DNA of 64,000 nucleotides from Octopus vulgaris. Lineage: Eukaryota. Shown piece after piece: positions 25,351 through 37,541 of the stretch; the stretch's first letter is position 1, and each line of letters begins with the position of its first letter. The translations under genes were made by a program, and so were the position numbers. The stretch covers positions 161,200,001-161,264,000 of the forward strand of contig OX597814.1 in assembly GCA_951406725.2 (NCBI GenBank), given 5' to 3'. A model generated the notes under the pieces. It did no database searches. It was not told where the DNA came from and saw only the letters and a list, made by a program, of their open reading frames with translations.

Positions 25351-25799
25351 CAACCTTAATATCCATATCTCAAAATTTTTATTATTAGTTTGTAATAATG
25401 TTACTTCATCTAAAGTACAAAAATAGACAATTGTAAAGGTTAACAGATATGCTTTAGAATGTAAAAATTTAAAGCAGGTGTTTTGTTAAATTTTGGTGGG
25501 AATTTATTAACTGTACATTTTTACATTTTAAATTTAGATTGACACAAACTAAGGGGAATCAAATCATTTACACTAAATCATTTACGCTAAATCATTACAA
25601 GCCAATAAGAGAGCCTCTAGGTGAAAGAATCTCAAGGTGAGAGAACCTCTAAGTGAGAAAGCCTCTAGAAGCTCACTCAACCTAATAAAAGTAACAACCA
25701 GATCTCCTACAAATCATACTGTACAGTGTCTTGCTGATCAAATAACAAAATTTGTGTAATATCTGAAAAAGGTTATAAGAATGTGTTTTTTTGCTTTAG

Positions 25800-26177
25800 C
25801 CCTTAAGTGTTTAAACTGGCCATATCTGGCTCAAATATTCCAGCTATTTTATGTTCAAACTGGCACGATTCAGTCTTTTACACCTACTCTACAATGTCAT
25901 TCTAAAAATAAACAATCACATCATTAAAATCACAAAGCTACAAGATAATGCATAATTATTTTGAAGGACCACACTCATGGAGTGGTTGGCGTTAGGAAGG
26001 GTATCGAGTTGTAGAAACACTGTCAAATCAGACTGGAGCCTGGTGCAGCCTCCTGGCTTCCCAGACCCCGGTCGAACCGTCCAACCCATGCTAGCATGGA
26101 AAATGGACGTTAAACGATGATGATGATTGTGAATAAATAAACATTACATTTGACAAAATAATCTGAATGCTAAAGGG
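25800..26177. mobile_element. piggyBac-like MITE with nested RTE 3' end (25966-26127)
   Basis: ttag|cccttaag ... gctaaaggg|ttaa; the internal segment matches 2197-2360 and ends in (GAT)n. Confidence 0.8.
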
Positions 26178-26206
26178 TTAACCAGAATCCATAGTAACAC
26201 ATTTTA

Positions 26207-26390
26207 CTGTTGTGTCTGGGGAGAGTCATTTTCTTTTTGTGCCTTACAGTGTAACACACTCACTGGGAAAATTTCCACTTATTTCTTATTTTCTTAGGAA
26301 AATAAAAATAAGAAATAAGTGGAAATTTTACTGGTGAGTGTGTTGCAATATAAGGCACAAAAAGAAAATGACTCTCCCCAGACACAACAG
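26207..26390. mobile_element. Palindromic MITE (~85-bp arms)
   Basis: ctgttgtgtctggggagagtcattttctttttgtgcctta... versus ...taaggcacaaaaagaaaatgactctccccagacacaacag; TA on the left flank. Confidence 0.85.
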
Positions 26391-27027
26391 AATATGCTTC
26401 AACACACAAACTCATATAAAGAATCTTGCAAACCAAATCCAAAACCGAAACATTTTACTGTGTTTAACTCTTTGTATTTAGCTGCTGTCTTTAAATATTA
26501 GTGATATTTCATACTTATCTAATTAAGTGTAGCCAGCAGTATATGTTATTCAGTAAGCTAAAATATAATAATAATAATAATAATAATAATGTTTGTGTTA
26601 TGATATAGACTAATTTAATTTTATACCAAAGTAAAGATAATGCTGCTCTTTTTATGATAAAATCTATATTCAACATAATATTAAAAAAATTCTATTTCAT
26701 GAAGTCATTTAATTCTTAATGAGAAACTCCTATGACACATTATGTTTGCATTTTAGTTGAAAACTAATTTTTAATTAATTTGGCTTGCTTTTTCTTTCCA
26801 CAAATTAAAAGCTCAAATTCCTTTGAGAATATTCTTAGCAATGATGATTCTTTTATAAGTGTGATTATAAAAGCTTGTAATGAACAAGCTGTTGCACAAA
26901 TAACATTATCATTTTATCTCACTTTTTCATTGCTTGGACAAGTTTTCTGAAGCAGTATTTCATGACCAGATGCCTTTCATGTAGCCAAACGGTTTAGTTG
27001 CATCTTACAATATACAGGGTCATAATA

Positions 27028-27360
27028 TCTCTATATATATAAACGGCAAAATGTCTGTCTGTGTGTGTGTCCTTTATACAAATCCACAATTTTTCAGTTA
27101 GAGGGCTCGCACTTTCTATGGTCATTCAAAACCGTCCAAGGATGGTCGTGCACATCTTTACATTTCCCAGTCATCCCGCAAAGCCATTAAAAATCAATAG
27201 AAGTGACTTTTTTGTGAATTTTCTATCCAAAACCCAATCAAAATGCCCGAAACTTGATATTCCAGTTGAATGCCAGCTAGCTGTATGTGATTGGTCAGAG
27301 ATTTGGACAGTACTCGCGTGTATGTGCGCATGCACGCAGCTGTATATGCATGCACTAGCA
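27028..27360 (+). mobile_element. Non-autonomous Helitron-like element lacking its terminal hairpin
   Basis: Starts A|TCtctatatatataaa; ends tatatgcatgcactagca, matching the minus-strand sequence just inside the 17139-17180 terminus. Confidence 0.55.
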
Positions 27361-27924
27361 TCATCAATTTCTCAAAATACGTTAACATATTTTATTTCAA
27401 AATGGATACACACAATAAACAACATTTTTCTAACATATGTAATATCAATCTATATTGAACATTTTCAAAATAATAATGTTTATATTAGTCATTAAGAGGG
27501 TAATTTTTGTGTATTAATAATTTGCAAACTTTGTTAGCTATAAATATGATTTTTATCTGTGCTTATTTAAATGATTTACTATTTGTGTTCTCTGCAATAA
27601 TACTCGATTAAGCCTAATCCTATTTCATGAAAAAATATGTAATCTCCATCAAACAATCACATATTCATCATCATTAAATCAGTAGAATGTAACATGTCTG
27701 CTCCAGAACCATTTCATCAGGAAAATAACCAATATGTTTGTTACATTTTCTTTTTGGGTAAATTGCTGTATTATCTACTTCGTTCTATCAGTATCCTCTC
27801 ACAAGATCTAGCTGAGTTGTTTCAGAGGTAAACAAACGAAATGTTAGTCTTAAAATGGATAGCTACAATTCAGTTAACATGAAAAAATTAAGATCAAAAG
27901 ATTATAGGTACAAACGTAAATAGG

Positions 27925-28380
27925 TGCAGGCATTGCTGTGTGATTAGGAAGTTTGCTTGCCAACCACATGGTTTTTTCAGTCTCCACTATTTGGTATTTA
28001 CTAGATCCTGGGCCAACCAAAGCCTAGTGAGTGGATTTGGCTGGTAGAAAAATGAAAGGAACTCATCATACATACACATACATATGTATAAGTATATATG
28101 TGTGCATGTATGTGTTTGTGTATGCATGTGTGTATGTGAGGGGTGTGTGATTTCTCTTTGCCTTCATATCATACACTAGTTATAAATGAGCCTCACTGTC
28201 ATACAAGTTCTGCTTTCATTCCCAGCCTCTCACGGAACCATGTTTGGTCATATGGAAATATTACCTTGCTTGAAAGCAGTTGCGGGTTGGTGACAGGATG
28301 GGCATCAAGCCATAAAAAAATTCGCGTCAGCAAATTATATCTGACCCATGCAGGTATAAATAGTGGACATTAAGTTGGCA
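27925..28380 (+). mobile_element. Family B-headed SINE with RTE-like tail
   Basis: Family B head and (TG) core, then ...gacccatgcaggtataaatagtggacattaag. Similar copies at 31675-32045 and 51415-51720. Confidence 0.6.
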
Positions 28381-28559
28381 TTGACAGTAGCAGTGATGGT
28401 GATTGATATAAGTGGTTAGCAATGATAAAGAGATATATAAAGATAACATCTTGTTTTCAAATTGTTTATGAAATTATAGACTTGATAGTTTTTATAACAT
28501 TTTGGTTTTTCGATATTATGGTCATGGGGTGCCATACTGAAGTGTTTCTGTTTACTGTG

Positions 28560-29059
28560 GAAGGAGTAAACCCAGGAAGACATAGGACGAGGTGGTGAAG
28601 CATGATCTCTGAACATTGGGCCATGTGGAGGCAATGACAAGTGACCGAGGCCTTTGGTGATATGCTGTGCTTGAGAAGACCCATCAAGCCAAATGAAATC
28701 ATAGTCATGGTCAATGCCTGTGTTATGTAACTGGCACCAGTGCTGGTGGCATGTAAAATGCACTCTTTAAACATTGGGCCTTATGGAGGCAATGATAAGT
28801 GACTGAGACCTTTGGTGATATGCTGTGTTTAAGAAAGCCCATCAAGCCAAGTGACATGGCTGATGTCAGTGTCATGTAACTGGTATCCATGCTGGTGGCA
28901 TGTAAAAAGCATCCATTACACCTGTAGAGTGGTTAGTGTTAGGAAAGGCATCCAGCTATAGTAACCATGCTAAATCAGATTGGAACCTGGTGCAACCCTC
29001 CACCTTACCAGCTTTAGTAAAACCATCTAACTCATGCCAGCATGGAAAGTAGACACTAA

Positions 29060-29091
<32 letters not shown>

Positions 29092-29095
29092 AATG
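28560..29095 (+). mobile_element. RTE LINE 3' end (end of ORF plus UTR and (GAT)n tail)
   Basis: cccaggaagacataggacgaggtggtgaag (PRKT.DEVVK) matches 62586-62615; internal duplication of aacattgggcc...catcaagcca; (GAT)n tail. Confidence 0.8.
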
Positions 29096-30530
29096 AAGAG
29101 ACCTGATCTGTTATCCTGTTTAGCACCACCATTGAATCCTTGGGTACATTTAGCAGACTCTACTCTGTTACAAGTAGTTGGTCCAGAGTTTTGGTATTTT
29201 TTTGTCTCACACCAGGCTTAGACACTCTGCAAATAACTGAACCATAAAAAAAAAATTTTTTTAATCAAAATTTTATTATTTCCTTATGAAAACATTTGAA
29301 AATGTTACATCATTTACTACCTTGTATGTAAATGAAACTGCTTAAATTCAAATTGTGTTTACAGTTATAATATGTTGGCTATCGCAAAACTATCATATGA
29401 CTGACTGCTGTCATAAAGGTAACTGATGTCTTAATGTAAGGAATAAGTTAACACAAATCCATAAATGTATCTTATTGCCTTGGTTTTTTTAAATCACAAA
29501 CCTGTTTCTATGTATAGTTTCTCTAAAACTATTTGTTTTATTTTTGAATCTTTAGAAATATTTTAAGGAAGTTTTCTTTGAATGTTATTCTCTATTTTAG
29601 TTCTCTAATTTTCTCATCTTTAGATGTAGAAAAATTGAAAGCTAGATTTATGTATTTCATTGATTTCAGAAAAAATACTTTATCTTATTAAATGTGTTTT
29701 GTATGAAAACTATATATAAGGTGTACAATATGGATAACCAGGTACATAGACAGAGGTGTGACTGTGTGGTAAGAAGTTTGCTTCCCAACTGCATGGTTCC
29801 AGGTTCAGTCCCACTGCATGGTGCCTTGGGCAAGTGTTCTTCTACTATTTCCCCAGACTAACCAAAGTAGCATTCATCATCATTATTTCAGTACCCCAAG
29901 ACTTGTAGAAGAAAGCTATTCTCTGCCTGGAGAACTGGTTTGAATGCTTGCAACTGAATGAACTCTACTGAAATCATCTAAGGATTTGGTGGTGATGCTG
30001 AACTGACTAAAAGATTAGGTCTACCAATCAATACTGCAACACAAAGGTTTTTGTGGTAAAAACATAGTCCAATATTTTGCTGTTCATGCCTTCTGCTTAT
30101 CTTAAAGACCTCTAGGCCTAACACCACCATTTTGTCCTTTAGTGAAACTCACTCTGTTGTAACCATTCAAACCAGACTTACAATTCTCTTCCTACCTATG
30201 GTTTTTTTAGCCTGGCATTAGTCACTTCAGTCTTTCCAGTCTGAGAGAGACCATAAAAATTTATATTTGAGCCATCTTCTCAAACCCCACCCCCACCAAA
30301 AAAAAAAAAAAAAAACCCAAAACTCAGTTCTTTAAGGATATAATATTAAGGAACTTGGGTATTATTTCTAGCAGGTTGAATAAATACATAGAGGCTCTTT
30401 TGGTGTCATATTACACCATGGCCCTTTGTTTATATTTTCATTTGTCTGTGGTTTGACAAAGTACTAGGGAATTTGAGTGTCTTCATCTGAAGCTGAAAAC
30501 AAAAGAATGTATAACCTTAAAAACACTTAC

Positions 30531-30564
30531 TTTATTTGGTGCCTGTCTCTTGGTCCATCCTCTC
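30531..30564 (-). other. Candidate 34-nt non-coding exon
   Basis: ttgtttcag|gagagg...aaataaa|gtaagt on the minus strand; splice signals only. Confidence 0.35.
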
Positions 30565-30745
30565 CTGAAACAATATCAAACATATTTTACTTCTCAAGTT
30601 ACTGAATAATTGCTACTTATACATTCTTCTCAAACATCCTTGTGTCAGTAGCTTGTTAGTGAAACTGCTTAATTTTGTACGTTTTATTTATTGTTTAAAT
30701 ACTGATTGGATGATAGTATAGAGGCTGCTTTTTCATATATTTTAC

Positions 30746-30868
30746 CTAGCAACAGAATCTTCTCAGATTTGCTCCAAGTCTTGAACTGGATTTATTTCTT
30801 GTTTCTGTACTGTAATGGAATATACCAGGCATCATTAACATCATTAGATTTCCTCAAATAATTTGAAT
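30746..30868 (-). other. Candidate 123-nt non-coding exon
   Basis: cctgtatttcgcag|attc...gctag|gtaaaa; stops in all three frames. Confidence 0.4.
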
Positions 30869-31406
30869 CTGCGAAATACAGGAGCGGAGGAATATTTTGT
30901 TTTTAGAAAACTGTGAGAGCTTACCACTATATTGACCTCTAAGACAAGAAATTTTACCACCACACAAAAAAAGACAAAAACAAAAACAAAACTAAAAACA
31001 GAATAAGTTTATATGATAAGGATCATGAGGAAGTTAAAAAATATGGTTTTAAAAATTATGGCCCAGACATGGCTGTGTGGTTAAGAAGTTGGCTTCTCAA
31101 CCATGTGGCTTCAGATTCAGTTCTGCTACATGGCAACTTGGGCAAGTGTCTTTTATTATAGGCTCAAGTTAATCAATGTCTTGTGAGTGAATTTGGTTGA
31201 GAGGAACTGTGCAAAAAGCCTGTTGCATGCATGCATGTGTGTGTATATGTGTGTGTAAACCAACAAACCAAAAAGTAAAAAACAAAAAAAAAAACTTATT
31301 AGGGTTTCAGCCTTCTTCTTGTGTTGATTAGTGCTGTAATAAATTTTGTTTTTGTGATGAGCAGTGACCCACTGTATGATTTAATCTTTCTTTTTGATTA
31401 ATGTGG

Positions 31407-31625
31407 AGGTGTATGGCTTAGTGGTTAGGGTATTGGACTCATGATTGTAAGATTATAGTTTCGATTCCTGAACTGGGTGACACGTGTTCTTGAACAAAAC
31501 ACTTCATTTCACGTTGCTCCAGTTCACTCAGCTGGCAAAAATGAGTAACCCCGTGACAGACCATGTGGGGAATATATATGCCATAGAAACCAGGAAACCG
31601 ACTTTATGGTTCAGGAAAGAACTTT
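31407..31625 (+). mobile_element. Family C-related SINE
   Basis: tggcttagtggttagggtattggac...gtttcgattcc head, then ccagttcactcagctggcaaaaatgagt. Confidence 0.7.
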
Positions 31626-33584
31626 ACTTACTTTTAGTTAATAAAGTTGTGGAGATACTTGGAGTAGGATTAATGTGTGGTGTGGTTAAGAAGTTTGCTT
31701 CCCAAACTCATGGTTTCAGGTTCAGTCCCACTGCATTGCACCTGGGCGAGTGATTTCTGTTATAGTCCTGGACTGACTTAAGCCTTTTGAATAGATTTAA
31801 TATATGGAAACTGAAAGAAGCCCATCATATATATGTGCATGTGTGCTGTGTCTTCTTGTCTTGATATTACATTGTCATGCAGTCCTTTTCATTTCCAGTC
31901 TTCTGTGAAAGTTTTAACATACTTGGGAGAAAAGTAAGAGTTGGTGATAGGGAGGGCATCTGGTCATAGAAAATCTGCTTCAACAAATTCCACCTGACCC
32001 ATGCAAGCATGGAAAAATAGACATTAAAATGATTATGATGATGATGTACTTAAAACAGAGGGTATCACTGTGGTTTAGTAGCAGAAATTGATCAGCATTC
32101 CTTCCCATTATTTCTGAGATCCTTGAAAATGTAGTGGTTAGCAAGATTCTAAAATACCAAGCAAACAAGTAATATCTAATGAAGGAAATTTTCTCTTCAT
32201 TGAATTTATTTCATGTCATTGCATTTTCCTTATATAATAAAAAAATATGTGGTACCATTACAAATTAAAAAAATGTGGAGTTTTCCATAGTTTCTGTCGA
32301 ATTTAAATTCTGTTGGTTTCTATAGTTTCTGTTGAACTTAAATTCTGTTGAATAAAATTAAATAACAGGATTTCATAGATGCAACTGATTAAAATTTTGG
32401 TTAAAATTATCTTTGAAAATTATTTTTAAAGAGCCAGATTTACTGCGTCAATAAAGGAGCTGCTGCATGGTCAGTCATCTTGTAAGAAATAGCTGTATCA
32501 CATCTGCCACCTTAAATAAGAAAATAATACCTTAGAAAATGAGGTCTTACATACTCTGAAAAAAACTGGGTGGTCATAGCTGAAATACCTTTGATCACTG
32601 TTTTTCTCAATCAGGACTGGCCAAGAGCATAAAATAACAACAACATACAGACTATTTTGGTGACTTTTGATCCTAGTAGCTGTTTTACTACAAAAACGGT
32701 CACTGATTTGAAAGAAATAATGTTTATTAACAATTTCTTTCATGCTTGTTAAATTTCTAGTTCATTTAATGTTTCAATTCACCTTTCTTTCAACATTTTT
32801 AGTTCTCCTCTATGTAAATTGCCTAACCACTCTTCTCAAATATGATAAAATTGCTCTAAAACCTGTGCCTGATTTGGCTGAATCCATAGTAGCTTCCAAA
32901 ATGCCAAAATATTTTCCTATTCTTTCATACTCAATAATTTTAAAAATATTTTAGTGGAAAAATATAAAATTACTCAAATTTTATATCTTTCAAATTATTT
33001 AAATTTTTGCAGTTGTCAAATTTCCACCTGTTTTATTATTCACTTTCTCTTTTCTTGCGGTTCTTCTTTTTCTCCTTGTTTTAATGTAGTTATGTATACA
33101 TTTTGTCACTTTAGCATTTAAAAAGTGAGATAGACAGGATGGTTGATATTTATGTTACATTTATATGTTGAAGCACTATATATATGTTTGAACTCAGATG
33201 AGGTTGAGGACAAATGTAGAAGTGGGTGGGGTGTAGAGAAAAGAAAGGAAAGAAAAAGTGAAGGAATTTAAACAGAAGGTTGCAAATAGTATATATCTAT
33301 ATATTCAGTGAACTAAAGTGGAAATCATAACAGTGACCAGGAGTGATTAATAATTACAGAGTTAAATGTAGTTTCTCATGGTAAAATGATTTCACTTTTG
33401 AATTGCCTTTAGCCTTTAATTTCCAACATAGATAACTACAAATTTTCCTTGCATCCTTTTGCACACTGATTTTCTATGACCATGGTGACAACAAATATTT
33501 TATTTCAGTCTTGGAATGAACTGGTAGATGTTTATTTGCCTTTTATGTATAGTTGATAATTCTCCTGATATATGTGTGACTTAC

Positions 33585-33676
33585 CATTTTATCTTCATTT
33601 ATAGATCTTCAAAAGAGGAATTTGTTGATACATTATATTGATATTATTAGATAATACTCCTTCAATTGTATATTAG
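33585..33676 (-). other. Candidate non-coding exon
   Basis: Strong donor aaaatg|gtaagtca; weaker acceptor (ttatagaacag); no open frame. Confidence 0.3.
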
Positions 33677-33840
33677 CTGTTCTATAACTTGGAAAACTCA
33701 GGGCAATTGTATTAAGTATATATAACAGATAATCCATGTTGATGTGAATATGGTTTCTCATTTTAGCTTTGTTTAAGTATTGGCAAAGTTGGATAGAATT
33801 CAAAGTGATTTGTTATGTTGTTAATATTAGACAGTGTTGA

Positions 33841-34053
33841 AGGCGATGAGCTGGCAGAATCGTTAGCATGCCAGGTAAAATGTTTAGCAGCATTTTGTCT
33901 GTCTTTATGTTCTCAGTTCAAATTTCACTGAGGTCGACTTTGCTTTTCATCCTTCTGAGGTTGATAAAATAAGTACCAGTTAAGCATCGATGTCGATAAC
34001 ATTGACTTATCCTTCCCCTCAAACTGCTGGTCTTGTGCCAAAATTTGAAACCA
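33841..34053 (+). mobile_element. Family A SINE
   Basis: ggcgatgagctggcagaatcgttagc...gtgccaaaatttgaaacc. Confidence 0.85.
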
Positions 34054-34824
34054 ATATTAGTATTAACTCTTTCAAAAGCCTAGAAATCCTTAAACTTGCA
34101 TTGGGTGGTTAATGGAAGCTAAATTGTCTCTTTACATTAATATTGAATAATATTGGCATTTTTCCATTTACTGAAAAAGATATCTGAATTTTAGGTAGGC
34201 AGAAGTGACATCTCTAGTCAAATTGGAATAAGATTGGCATGTTAAGTGGAAAAGTTTGATGTTGAGTTGGTAAAGTTGCTCATTCTGTATGCTAACTTTC
34301 TATTATTTATGTATTTATTTAATAAATTAAATAGCAAAGCCATTTGCATGCACTATGAAAGTCTTTACTATGTTTCTTTTCAATACATTGGGAACATTTA
34401 TTCCTAAGTTTACAAATTCTGTATTAGTTTTTAAAAAAATCCAAGAATGGTGACCGCATTAAACATTCATTAATGACGTCTACTGGGAGAATCTAAACTG
34501 CGAGACTAAAAGGTGAAAGGTTGAGATCAAAGCTATGCTCAACATTTACATAGGGTTACATTTTGCATGTATAATTACTTGAGAAATAAAAAATTTATAA
34601 TGTAAAGGAAATAATTTTATTGGCGTTTCAGAATAGGTTACTAAGTATATACAATTCACTGAAAAGTTCTAAAAAAAGACAAAACGAAAAATATTCCAGT
34701 AAAATTTATTCGAAAAAGAAAGAATCTTGAACAGGCCGACTGATATTTTTATCGTCTGCTATTCGCGAACTATTTACGTTATTTCATATATCAGTGCGTA
34801 GTATTAGCAAGTAGGATACTGTCA

Positions 34825-34838
34825 GTTACCATGGTTAC
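34825..34838. promoter_or_regulatory. RFX X-box-like motif in CpG-retaining unique region
   Basis: GTTACCATGGTTAC is one mismatch from the palindrome GTTACCATGGTAAC; ~540 bp upstream of a strong donor. Confidence 0.45.
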
Positions 34839-35099
34839 ATAACTGCCTAGCGTGCTTCTTAGTTAACCTTCTCGCTAATTTGATCCTTCCGCATCAAAAT
34901 AACTTCCTCACACTATTGAGTTTCTACCATGGTATTCCACCCCCTCTATAATCATTAACATCATTTTTTTGTATGTCAGCTTCTCAGTTTTCTATGTATC
35001 TCTTCTTTTATTATATTTATTTCTCCCACTTTATTCCTCTCACTTTATATGTACTGTTTCTCTCACCCAGTATTATTCTCTCCCTTCCTCCGTCTGCTA

Positions 35100-35378
35100 C
35101 GTACGCAATCTAATTTCTCTTGTATCTCACTCTCGTCCATTCTGTCCTCCAGGAAGGAAGCAGTTGTCGGCTGCTTCCTCGTTTTCTTGTTTTTGTCTAT
35201 GTCTATCCTTTTTCTTACTCTCTCTCTCTCTCCTTGTAGTAACCATCCTAAATGTAATTAGGAAAATCCTTGTGTTTTGTTTACGATTATTATAAATTGA
35301 TATTTCGAATCAAATACTTCCCTTATTACCGCGTATTTTTAAATGACTCTTGGAGAGTAATATCATACATTGGCGACG
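35100..35378 (+). other. Candidate first (5' UTR) exon; start uncertain
   Basis: Repeat-free CpG-retaining sequence ending at consensus donor gacg|gtaagt (35379-35384). Confidence 0.4.
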
Positions 35379-35614
35379 GTAAGTTATTGTTCATTCAAAT
35401 ATGTTTTGCCAAAAATATTTCTTTTTCTTTTATTTAAAAGGATTTGTTTAGAATTTATTAAAAAAAAAAAAAAATAACAATCCTATCACCTGATTCATTG
35501 ACACATCTTCACATATTTAAAAAAAAAATTTCGTACCGGTTCAAGGTATAACACAAAAAGCCGGTAATCTACGCCCGCACGCACACACACATACACGCAC
35601 GCACATACACACAC

Positions 35615-35650
35615 ACACACGCACGCACACAATAGGCATACATATCTATC

Positions 35651-35722
<72 letters not shown>

Positions 35723-35839
35723 GTCAGTCTGTCTGTACATACATACACGCACTAGGCGATGTGCGTGTATATATAAATATATAATATATATATACACACA
35801 CACACACACGCACACAATAGGCATACATATCTATCTATC

Positions 35840-35915
<76 letters not shown>

Positions 35916-35957
35916 GCCTGTCTGTCTGTCTGCACATACACGCACAAGGCGATGTGC

Positions 35958-35965
<8 letters not shown>
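35615..35965. repeat. Duplicated compound microsatellite block with (ATCT)n cores
   Basis: Two copies of cacacaataggcatacatatc-(atct)n-gtctgt...aggcgatgtgcgtgtatata. Confidence 0.85.
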
Positions 35966-35996
<31 letters not shown>

Positions 35997-36157
35997 CATA
36001 CACACACATTTATACATGCACATGCTTATATATATACACACAGATTTATGCCTTCCCCCCTATACACACAAACATATTCACACACATCTATACATACACA
36101 GACATAAAACGATTCAAAATCATTTCATTATTTGAAAATATGTCTTATATATATATG

Positions 36158-36230
<73 letters not shown>

Positions 36231-37373
36231 GGGGATGAATTATCATTCCCCCGATAATTGCAGCCCACACTATTCAGTTCAATAGTAGTTCGTTTGAGAA
36301 GAAAAGGATGATGATCAACTGTATGCCGGGCTTTAGTGTCATGTTACGGCTACTTCGATTTATGCTCGATAGCAACTCTCATCTTAAAAAGTCTGAACAC
36401 CTGTATTTCACGTGCTCTTTCACCCCTTTCTTCTTTATCTCAGTTTAAATTACACAGCATGAAGTCAAAAATTGCTTAATCGTTATCAGCTATTACATAT
36501 TTCTTAAATGAAATAAGCGAGTAATACCTGATAACTTCTGGACATGGTATCCGAATCTTTACACGACAAGATAAGAAATGAAACGAAGGCGAGAGACAGT
36601 CTTCAGCGGTTTGATGAATGAAAACAATCGAATTGTATTTTCAAATTGTTTTAGATCGATAAAATTAAAAGAGACTATTTCTCAATTTCTTCCGATTCGG
36701 TTTATACTTTATACTTTTCCCTTTATTTTATCCTATTCTTCTGTCATTATATTGATTTTTATTATATATTTTGTTTGACAAGTCATCAAACTGATTGGAT
36801 CGCCGACCTGTGTTGAAGACTACTAAAGAGAGAAATGTATAAAGGAATGCAGAAGAACGGTTGCAGCCTGCATTATTAGTTTGTTGTTTACTATGGGCTC
36901 AGTGGTTTTTTTTTTTAACTTCAATTAGTGATGATATCAGAAGCACTTGACTATGCCTATCTACCTACCTGTCTGTCTATATAGCTATTTGTCTATTAAT
37001 CTGTCTGTTGTATGGCCGTCAATTTATTTATTTGTTTAAGGTTTATAAAATACTGCTATGTTAGCCTGCAGTCGTTGTTCCATTATTTTTTGGTTTTAGC
37101 AACAGAAATTATAAGGTTCAATTCTTCCGTCTGTAGTTAACTCATGATATTCAAAAAAAAAAAAAAAAAAAAGTCGCACTTTGGGAATGATAATTGAAAC
37201 TGATTTAACTGCATGCACTCGTATATTTTCATATTGCACAGACACTGGTATCTGTGCCTTCAACATCTGTGGCACGGAGAGGGTAGACTTGCCTTGGCGG
37301 GGTTAACTTTCCAAGCGTAGTTCCATTGATTTAAATGACGCACAGTGTTTCCCCTCTGGTATATACATATTTG

Positions 37374-37404
37374 AAAGTAATCCCTCATTTTAAAGCGGAT
37401 ATCA

Positions 37405-37463
<59 letters not shown>

Positions 37464-37541
37464 GTATATATGTATGTATGTATATATGTATATATATATA
37501 TATGTATTTAAAATGGCCGTTTTAAAATGAGGGATTACTTT
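37374..37541. mobile_element. MITE-like: 21-bp perfect inverted repeats around an (AT)n core
   Basis: aaagtaatccctcattttaaa (37374-37394) / tttaaaatgagggattacttt (37521-37541). Confidence 0.7.

Noticed and set aside
30493-30530. 38-nt GT-AG intron on the minus strand
   Set aside because: Probably too short for spliceosomal excision; the two sites are alternative or coincidental.
32282-32350. Short tandem duplications (35 bp here; 14-16 bp at 25560-25670; 24 bp at 49480-49542)
   Set aside because: Ordinary slippage duplications with no sign of function.
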